A stretch of 64,000 nucleotides of DNA from the human T2T-CHM13v2.0 reference genome, Homo sapiens. The position numbers were made by a program, and so were the translations under genes. Each line of letters opens with the position of its first letter. Position 1 is the stretch's first letter. The DNA lies in the NCBI RefSeq assembly GCF_009914755.1, contig NC_060935.1, one strand, 5' to 3'. Positions 47,197-64,000 of the stretch are shown here, piece after piece. The notes below the pieces were generated by a model that was not told the DNA's origin, made no database searches, and saw only the letters and a program-made list of their open reading frames with translations.

Positions 47197-48785
47197 CTGA
47201 AAGGTTAAAAAAAATAAAAATGAATGAAAATTACTACTGCGACCCACAAAGAGAGGGTTAAGTGTGAGGTGGGACAGATGTGGGGTTGAAAGTGAACAGC
47301 ATGGGAAAGCCAGAACATAATGGAATTATAACTTAAGAATGAGGCTACAGGGGCCGGACATGGTGGCTCACACCTGTAATCCCAGTACTTTGGGGGCCCA
47401 AAGCTAGAAGATCACTTAAGGTCAAGAGTTCGAGATCAGTCTGGCCAACATGGTGAAACCCCATCTCTACTAAAAATACAAAAATTAGCTGGGTGTGGTG
47501 GCGGGTACCTGTAATCCCAGCTACTCAGGAGGCTGAGGCACGAAATTCCTTGAACCCGGGAGGCAGAGGTTGCAGTGAGTGGAGATCGTGCCACTGCATT
47601 CCAGCCTGGGCGACAGAGTGAAACTCTGTCTCAAAAATAAATAAATAAATAAATAAATAAACTAATAAATAAATAAATGAAAGAATGAGGCTACAGGAAG
47701 AGACAGAGTATTTTCCTAGACATCTCCGTTAAAGAGAAACGATCACATGTTTGGCCCCTCTTCCACAGTACTAGGAAGCCACTCCTTCTCCCCACAGTGC
47801 AACAACCCACATGCAGCCCCTATTGTGACCATCTTGGTACCTTCCTGGCCACCCAGGAAGTACTCTTCAGCTTCCGCATCTGTCCCACCAGCCTATTTCC
47901 TCTCTGCATAACAGGAGAATGAATCCGTTTTCACGTTACAACATCTTTTAAAAGCTCCATGCAAATACGCAGTCAACGTCAAAAAGTTGTGTTATAAAAT
48001 GGTAGCTATAAAAGACTGTATTGCTTTTGTAACCGAAAAATTCAGTCATTAGTACCCACAGGCTGTTCATTCAGTACCAGAAATAGTCAGCGTTCCTAAT
48101 TATACTTTTGGAAAACAGTTAATCTTCTACAATGCTGCCCGCAGGTAAGCCATTTGCAAGCAACTGAGGCTCTTATGAAGGGTCACAAAAGTGATTCTGC
48201 CTCAGGCGCCCAATTATTTCTATAACCATATATTGTTTCTTAGAATCTTAGTATAAAGTCTCATAATGGAAGGGTACATTTTTCTAGCTTTATAATAAAA
48301 CGCAACAGCTTTTTAATACTTTTCCTTTTAAAAAAGGAATTCCTATTTTATAGGAAACGTGATGCTTGCGTTGTATAACACGCATTCATTAAGAATTTGT
48401 GCCTTTTTTCTAACTGGGGATAAGAAAAGAGTACTGTAATTGCCTGAAATATTTTCTTGTTCATAAAGCACCTTAACTCTGGTCTTTCAGTCAGTAATTT
48501 GCATTTTGTATATTCTTGTTTGTATGTGTAAACATAGCATTTAGAAAATCTGTATTTTATATAAGGCTGGACTTCAAATCTTCTGAAAATCTTCAAAAAT
48601 GTTGATAGAGGGTATGCAAAATGATTCTGATGCTGATTCTTTAGATATTTCAAGGGAACAGCAATTTCAGAAAATAATATTTCTTTTCATTCCATTATGT
48701 CAAATCAAATTGTATTGTGATGGAACTCATCTAACACTGATGAATTTGTTATTGCTTAAAGAAATAAAAATTGCTGGACGCATAC

Positions 48786-48980
48786 CTTAGCCCATTTAAC
48801 TTTCTCTAATAAATCACTCAGATTTCTTTTAATTGGAACATAATGCTTCCAAGGTTCTAGTGCCATGTAGAAATGTTCATAATATGGCGAGTCCTGCTTT
48901 AAAACCAGACTGTCGCCCAGCATGAGATATGGATATCTGTAAGCAGCCACGGTCCCATCCACATTTACTTGATACTTGTA
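48786..48980 (-). CDS. POGLUT3: POGLUT3 coding exon 6
   Basis: ttccag|TACAAG...GCTAAG|gtatgc; 195 nt, phase 0->0; [20 protein letters not shown]...KVKWAK. Confidence 0.96.
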
Positions 48981-50665
48981 CTGGAAGATGAAAAACAAAC
49001 ATAAACAAACTTTCAGTAGTCATTTGCTTCACTTCTGCTCCTCATCAACACTGTAATACCAACTACAGAGGAATTATTTTCCATTTTCCAACTTTTTTGT
49101 GTTTAAAAGTTTTATTTTATAACTTACATCTTCTCTTTGTATAAAAATCACAAGCAGCATTTCTCAGATTAATTTTAAGAAATACATTGTTTAAAGGTAA
49201 GGTGCTAATTTTTTGGAAATAGGAGTGAAGACCTATTTCAATCATGTCTCTGTAATAATGGAATCCAGATTTCTGTAACAAGGTAGGAAAACTATTTTCT
49301 TTTTAAGTTTTAATTAATTATTATTATTATTTTTTTGAGACAGTGTATTGCTCTGTCACCCAGGCTGGAGTGTAGCGGCGTGATCTTGGCTCACTGCAAC
49401 CTCCACCTCCTGGGTTCATACAATTCTGGTGCCTCAGCCTCCTGAGTAGCTGGGATTACAGGCACCCACCACTGCAGCCAGCTAACTTTTTCCTATTTTT
49501 AGTAGAGACAGGGTTTCCCCATGTTGGCCAGGCTGGCCTCAAACTCCTGACCTCAGGTGATTCGCCCGCCTCAGCCTCCCAAAGTGCTGGGATTACAGGC
49601 GTGAACCACTACGCCCAGCCAGGAAAACTATTTTCAAAATTCTTAAAGCTCAATACTGATAACAATGAACACTTTCATTTATTCATTATTTCATTTGTTC
49701 CTTATACGCAGTCTATGAAACAGGCAGGCATTGTCTCTATTTTACAGTTTTAGAGCTGAGGAGATAGAAACCTGGAGACATTTAAGGACTTGGGCAATGC
49801 TGGCAACATAGTAGGTAAGCTGTCTGCATATTTGTTGGGTTAATATACTTTGTTTTCCATTTCAAATGTAGTTTTCATAGGCATTAAACCTCATTCAATT
49901 AGAATAATCTGAAGCAGGTATTATTAACCCCTTCTTTTTGTTTTTACAAATGAGAAAACTGGTATTCAGAGAAATGTATAAACCTCATTCTCTGAGTCCA
50001 AATCCCCTGTTCTACTCATTGTATCACTCTGGGATGAAGAGGACACACTCCCAGATTTGGTAAATAAATTTTTCTTAAATAATTGGTACAAGGGAGTTTT
50101 TGAGCCCATCAGGTTTTGTCACATTGTTCACATCTCTCCTCTGGGCCTCGTGATAATGCTCTGAAGGAGTAGGCAGGCATCACACGGGTTTAAAGACCAA
50201 GGCACCAAGACAGGAAGGTCCCATAGTTGGTGGCAGAGGCAGGATTAGAAGCAGGCCTTGAACCCTAATCCCAACTCCCACTTTACATATATGGAATTTA
50301 TGCTTTTTCTATTTATAAAAGACATTTGAGATCACTTTATGTAAAAGGTATTTATATTCCCAGTTTATGAAAGCAAATACAAAAAAAAAAAAAGAAAGAA
50401 AAACGAGACATAAATATACCAAAATCCCAGGTTAATCCTTGTACTATATTTTGAGAATTAAGTACAGTTCTGAGCTATTTGGTAAACTTAACAATGAAAG
50501 AAGGAAACCACAATGGGTTTTGTAATTCCTGATATCTAATAAGAAAGTGTGAACATGTGTGTCAGTTCACAAGCCAGGTGAAATTTGCTGAAGCCCACCT
50601 ATTTTGGTAGACTTTTAATACAATTTTATCGCTTCATATCCATAGAAGAAGACTCAAATGCATAC

Positions 50666-50862
50666 CTTAAAGAAATCAAAGAAACCCATCAACTTGGCTT
50701 TTCCAAGCTCCTTTTCTTTCTCTTGGAAAAAGAAATATCCTGTAATTCCTGCATCTAGTAGCTGAGGATTTTCTTTGGACAGCTGTACCAACTGGAGCCT
50801 CTCCTCTCGGCTGTCTCTACCTCTGAAGAAAGCTCTCTCTGTTTTATTGATCCAGGAAGGCC
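50666..50862 (-). CDS. POGLUT3: POGLUT3 coding exon 5 (not in ORF track)
   Basis: ttgtag|GGCCTTCCTGG...TTTAAG|gtatgc; 197 nt, phase 1->0; GPSWINKTERAFFRGRDSREERL...GFFDFFK. Confidence 0.95.
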
Positions 50863-51490
50863 CTACAAGTTTGAAGCCATAAAAAAATTAGGATTATGAA
50901 TTTGACATTTTAATATGGTAAGCATAATCCTCTTTAATCTACCATTGTCATTTAAGATGCTAAAGCTCTTTTATCAACTCATCTTCTAAAGTAGATGTTA
51001 TTTCAACGAAAATATGGGATTGAGTCTCAATTTGCCAGAAGCACTTTCAAGTTTAGAGTTTAAAAAAAACAGTCTTTTTATTTGCTGTATTATATAAAAG
51101 AATGCTCTAATTTCATCCATTTGTCTGCTAGTGAAAGCTCACGCAAGTATTCGTGTATTCTGTTGTATAATACTAGGAAATACCTGAAATAATGTCGGAC
51201 CGTGTTCAAAGCAAAAAGAGATTCAGTGACTGGGTCCACTCACCAAGGCATTAGCTTCTTCCATTTTCTGTGTTTCACAATAAAACGTGAGCTAGCCCTT
51301 TGTTCTTACAAAGGGTGACCAGAAAAAACTATATAACTGAGGAACATCCACAAATCTTTAATCCCTAGGTTGGTCAGAATTTTCAGTACAAGACTTTTTC
51401 TAATATGCTACTGAATGCAAACATATATGTATAACCCACTCTGTCTCTAAGCTTTTTCTTCATTAATTAGCCTTGCATTTCCCTGAATAC

Positions 51491-51707
51491 CTGTATTTCC
51501 CTGAATAGAGAGGAGATCATTTGTAACACCCCGCATGGCTTCAAGCATGGAGTGGGTGATGTCATACGTTGGAAGGACAACATCTCTTGAATCCAGAGAG
51601 CCACACCATGAAATGATAGGTATGGGGCTAGGGGTTCCATTGACTTTTCGATGCTCCAAGGGCCAATCTCCAAGATTAACATAAAATTCTAAATCTGGGA
51701 GAAGGAC
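51491..51707 (-). CDS. POGLUT3: POGLUT3 coding exon 4 (CAP10/GT90 domain)
   Basis: tttag|GTCCTTCTC...AATACAG|gtattc; 217 nt, phase 0->1; [19 protein letters not shown]...SIQGNT. Confidence 0.96.
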
Positions 51708-52120
51708 CTAAATAAACATATAAACAAACATCAGTGCTGGGAAGATCTCAGTCTTTGGTACTAAGTACAACAGTTCTTTGGTTTTCTTACATATTTTTGA
51801 CAGGGCTAACCATTCAAAAACAGAGAAGAGAGAAGAATGCCTGTCATTGACAGGATGGCTGTGAATTTGTCACCTGTGAGGATCCTGCATGACAAATTCA
51901 CTTAACCAGGAGTCAGCTACCTCTGTCCAGAGATGCATGTAAAATTCAGTGTTTGAGGCTGGGCGTGGTGGCTCACACCTGTAATCCCAGCACTTTGGGA
52001 GGTTGAGGCGAGTGGATCGTCGGGAGTTCAAGACCAGTTTGGCCAACATGGTGAAACCCTGTCTCTACTAAACTTACAAAAATTAGCTGGGCTGGTGGCA
52101 GGCACTTGTAATCCCAGCTA

Positions 52121-52351
<231 letters not shown>

Positions 52352-52419
52352 CTACAAAGTTAGAACCAAACCCTTGTTTTCCTTCACTGTCCCCATCTTT
52401 GCCTCATGTGCCCTTGCCT

Positions 52420-53100
52420 CTGGAACCTGCCAGTCCATTTCCATCTCCACGGTCAATGTCTCAGTTTAGACTCTCATCATTTCTTGCCTAGATTGCTGCA
52501 ATAACTTCCTTACTAGGTGTTCTGATTCTGGGCTCTCCATACTGTAATCTGCTCTCCACAAGGCTGCTCAGATTTCCAAAACTAAAATTAATTCTAAAAC
52601 TAAAATTTCTAAAATAACTTTGTTAATGTCACTACCAAGCTTAACAGAACCTTAAGCCTATGGCACAAGATCTCAACTCTCTGGCTGGCATTCAAGGCCT
52701 CACAATCTTGTCCCAGCTTGGCTATAAGCCTCATCTTTCATCTGCCCACCTACCAGGAAACCTTAGGCTACTCTCTGAAAATGCCATCCACCTCAACATG
52801 TAATTCCATTCACTTGGAATGTTTTACTTATTTAACTTGGCAGTCTCCTTTCTCATCCTTCAAGCCCAGATCTAACACCACCTCTTCTATGACTCACCCT
52901 CCTCAGGCACTTAAACCCTAGGTACTTACTTCTCTTGAGGCCTATCATCATATTGGGATATAATTATTTGTTTGTATTCACATCCCACCCCCACTTCCAA
53001 ACAACAAAAACAAATCCCACTACAGTGGGCTACTCAGAGACTAGGACTGAGTCTCACTTATCTTAGATTTATTTCTTCCCCAGCCACTGGGCAAAGAACA
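52420..53100 (+). mobile_element. L2 3' fragment
   Basis: tcatcatttcttgcctagattgctgcaataacttcct; cattcaaggcct; ctcatccttcaag...cacctcttctatga motifs. Confidence 0.65.
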
Positions 53101-53511
53101 AAAGGAAAGGGCAAGAGATGTGAATATTCACCCTCTTGCTTCCCTGTCATTATTATTATTATTATTATTTTGAGACAGTGTTTCACTCTGCCACCCAGGC
53201 TGGAGTGCAGTGGCGTGATCTTGGCTCACCACAACCTCTGCCTCTCAGGTTCAAGTGATTCTTGTGCCTCAGCCTCCCAAGTAGCTGAGACTACAGGCAC
53301 GCACCACCACACCCGGCTAATTTTTGTATTTTTAGTAGAGATGGGATTTCATCTTGTTGGCCAGGCTGGTCTCAAACTCCTGACCTCAAATGATTCATCT
53401 GCCTCAGCCTCCCAGAGTGCTAGGATGACAGGTGTGAGCCACCGTGCCCAGCCTCCCTGCTATTATTTATAAACTCTTTAATAAACTCCACATTGGAAGT
53501 GCTCACTGTGG

Positions 53512-53715
53512 AGTAGGGTTTCTCAAGCTCATATTATTGACATTTGGGGCTGGATAATTCTTTGCGATGGGGTTGGGGGGTGCTATCCTTTGCACTGTAG
53601 GATGCTTACCCACTAGATGATAATAGCAACCGCTGAGTTGTGACAACCAAAAATGTCTCTAGACATTGGCAAATGTCCTCTGAGGGGCAAAATCATCCCT
53701 GGTTGAAATCTACTG
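53512..53715. mobile_element. MER20 (hAT-Charlie)
   Basis: gtttctcaa...attgacatttggggctggataattcttt...gtgacaaccaaaaatgtctctagacattg. Confidence 0.85.
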
Positions 53716-53934
53716 CTATGAAGCCAGCAACATGGATTAAAGAGGCAAGAATACAGGGCACAGTTGACTAGTTGTAGCCCGGGAAGAGAGCACTACCTTT
53801 AGGAGCAGATGCCCATCACATGCTTGTATCCTCACATTGTGGGCTGGTGGTGGAGGGGTTGGGGACTGCTATTTAAAGTAAGAACTGACTGCAGCCACAC
53901 AGTCAGCATACTTGGGGAATTGTATAACATATCA

Positions 53935-54339
<405 letters not shown>

Positions 54340-55028
54340 TCAGAAACAAGAACAAAAGGTGGTTTAAGTTGCTCTGCTTAAGAGGAATTTAGAGTTCTGC
54401 AAATGTGGAAAGAGAGGCTGAATAGTGAGATAAGGGGGCGCTATTGGGGGATGTGGGGAGCCTGAAAAACAGAGGGCCTAACCACATTAGTGAGAGGCTA
54501 AGAACTTAAGGTCAAGGACAGCCCTGAGAAATTCCCAGAGGCAAGTATGACTGAGAGTCTGATTAGTGCAGAGATGTCTATTTTTAAATATCAGGGTTTT
54601 TGTTTGTTTGTTTTTTAGTATGCACTGGTGAAAAAAAAAACAACCTGTTTCTGGTAGCCCAAGCTTTGACAAAATGTCCCATGCACGCTATCTTCTAGGT
54701 ATGCTTAGGGTAAAACAAGGAAAATGTGTTCTAAGTTCAAGTCATTTTGAGGTGAAGAGAAGAAAACAGCTGCAGAAGGTGAAATCTAAGCAGGAGTAGT
54801 ATTCAGCGGAACAGAGAACTTAAAGCGGCCTCTTGACATGGTTGTGCATGCCTATAGTCCCAGCTAGGATCAAGGCTGAGGCAGGAGGATGGCTTGAGCC
54901 CAAGAATTTGAGACCAGCCTGCTCAACACAGCAAGACCCCATCCCTATTTAAAAATAAATAAATAAATGAGACTGTTCTGTTTGGATATTGTAAATATAG
55001 ACTATTTGAAAAAAAGAATAAGAAGTAA

Positions 55029-55460
<432 letters not shown>

Positions 55461-55649
55461 TAATTTTAAATCTTACAGGAAAGTAAGATCCACAAAGATG
55501 GAGAACATGATGAACACTCAGGTTGCAAATATCTTAGATGCCCATTTCTCAGCCTGAAATCTGTTTCATCCTTTGTCATTATAATTCTAAACATTTAAAT
55601 GTTATACCTAAATAATTAAACTGTATTATCAATTCATTCATTCTCCTAC

Positions 55650-55933
55650 CTTTCTTGTCAATGATAACAAAATCTCATCAGAGAACATCTTGAAGTCTGT
55701 GTATTTCCCTAAAGATCTCCGGTAAACATGGTTATTGAGAATCGTGTAATGAACAATGGCACCTCTCTCATCCCCAAACCTTTTGGGGACTTCTTTTAGC
55801 ATTTGCTGGAGATTGATGCTGGGAAAGGAAGCAAAATCTTTTGCAATCTGTGGTTCCTTGGTTGGACAAGAAAGAGTCTTCTGCCAGGCCTGAGGATCTT
55901 CCGGACACTCACAGTACTCATGGTACACTGGTC
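55650..55933 (-). CDS. POGLUT3: POGLUT3 coding exon 3
   Basis: ccctag|GACCAGTG...AGAAAG|gtagga; 284 nt, phase 1->0; PVYHEYCECPEDPQAWQ...LLSLTRK. Confidence 0.96.
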
Positions 55934-56273
55934 CTAGGGAAGGAAAACATGAAAAAGGCCGCACTCCATTAGCAAGCACCACAACACAGGGAGTCACTTC
56001 TGTCTCTGCTTCTTGGTGAATTCTAAGATTATCCAGAGATAATCTGCCCTAGACAAATCAGTGGTGTAAGTGATTATGTTAGAGTCCTACACTTTTACTT
56101 TCCTTTTCACACCACCTTGGATAAACAGTTTAGTATATGCCCTCTCCCAATCTAACCTACTCTCGGTCACTTAGCTCATAAATTCATCTCTAATAAGGTA
56201 TAAATGGCTGGCAAACACGAAACAACTTACCTTTTAGCAAGGAGAAAAAGAACGTATTAATTTTTAGACATTA

Positions 56274-60295
<4,022 letters not shown>

Positions 60296-60462
60296 CTCTT
60301 TACTTAATTTTCTTTCCCTTAAAATTTAAATTGAGCTCCAGGAAGTATGTATACAATGTTTACTTTACTGCACATGACTTTGAGGTCATCAGGTTTAGGC
60401 CATTCTGAAAGGCATGGGACCTACACACAAGGCTGACTCTGGAGTATATAATAATCACTTAC

Positions 60463-60660
60463 CTTTCAAAATATAGGGAGACTGAGCCACATGTTCATCA
60501 CCATAAAGGACCTCTATCTTCAGGCCTTCATCGACAGTTTCATACATCCTATATCTCATCAAAAATGTTCCATCATTCCTGTCCAAAGGTTTAGGGACAT
60601 GTATCCGGACCAACTCTTTAGGTGAAAGAGATTTGACTACGACTTTGAATGGTGTTTCAC
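60463..60660 (-). CDS. POGLUT3: POGLUT3 (KDELC2) coding exon 2, filamin-like domain region
   Basis: ttttag|GTGAAACA...TTGAAAG|gtaagt; 198 nt, phase 1->1; translates GETPFKVVVKSLSPKELVRIHVPKPLDRNDGTFLMRYRMYE...QSPYILKG, matching the recalled POGLUT3 protein. Confidence 0.96.
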
Positions 60661-60840
60661 CTAAAAGGAAAAGAAATATAAACAACTCTACCATGTCATG
60701 ATAATGATTTACAATTATTGGATAGGTGTTATTGGATAACTTAAATATGTTGCTTTTTCCTGCAGCATTGGTGGTTAAAAAAAAATCATTTCCTTTGGAA
60801 GATCTTTGAGGCCAGGAACTGTCATGTCTGGTTCATGCAT

Positions 60841-63330
<2,490 letters not shown>

Positions 63331-64000
63331 TCAGCTTGAGTTTTCTACTCAATAAATTCAAACTTAAGAAAAATAGCTAACTGGATGAGAATGCAGTGAC
63401 TATGTAGACAAAAGGAGGTTGGCAGCATCAAAGTGTTACATCATTAGAATCAGAAATCTTGAACACGTTTGATTTGGTAAGAAATCAAAAGCATATTTAG
63501 AAATTCACTTAGCACTTTTTATGGGCTTGAGACTTTCATATGTATTTTCTATGTCATTTATTTCCTACAAGAAATTTGAGGTAGGTATCTGTCACTCCCA
63601 TTTTATAGATCAAGAAACCAATGCTCCAAGAAATAAAGTAACTTGCCCAAGGTCACATACATAATGAGCAGCAGAGCCAATATTTGAATGTAGCTTTGCA
63701 GCAGTCACAGTTGGAGGAATACTTCTGGCACTTCGGATACAATGGAGTCATCTCCTCCTCTGTTGTTTAGGAAGCTCATTAAGGCCCTCTACAGCTGCAG
63801 CAAAAGTGTTGACCCCACACGGTCAAGGGAAACAAAATCCCAGAAGGCTAAGGTGTTGTACCATGAGGCTAAATGGAAATCCTCCAAAAATATCTGGCTA
63901 GCTGCCAACGACGAACACCCTCCAAGATCTTATTGTAAACTGACGTACGATAATCATATTAAGGATGATTTGATAAAACAGAAAGAGCAATGAAGTAGAA

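Noticed and set aside
63742-63993. 83-aa plus-strand ORF in unique-looking intron 1 sequence
   Set aside because: No homology I recognise, antisense to POGLUT3, and a length expected by chance.

Overview
Primate (most likely human, 11q22.3 ATM-neighbour region) genomic DNA, very repeat-rich. Two protein-coding genes lie in tandem on the minus strand. POGLUT3/KDELC2 has coding exons 2-8 (60660->44310, C-terminal REEL) and a ~2.7 kb 3'UTR. About 4.6 kb downstream is C11orf65/MFI, with a CpG promoter at ~36.6-37.2 kb, an ATG exon at 30962-31051 and the next exon at 1231-1323. The 29.6 kb C11orf65 intron holds a full-length L1PA nested inside the ORF2 of another full-length L1PA; both are dead for ORF1/ORF2 but keep an ATG-initiated antisense ORF0. 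It also holds ERV-L/MaLR relics, old L1M pieces and many Alus. I see no self-contained new multi-gene system. The best unexplained signals are: (i) a 1-nt insertion that puts the inner L1 ORF0 splice donor 2 in frame with C11orf65 exon 3; (ii) a cluster of ~115-130 bp locally templated insertions, one of which creates an inverted repeat bracketing POGLUT3 exon 3; (iii) an in-frame POGLUT3 exon 7 -> C11orf65 exon 2 read-through junction; (iv) shared non-consensus variants between the two nested L1s, suggesting gene conversion. Repeat subfamily calls and consensus comparisons are from recalled consensus sequences, not from a search; repeat boundaries are approximate.
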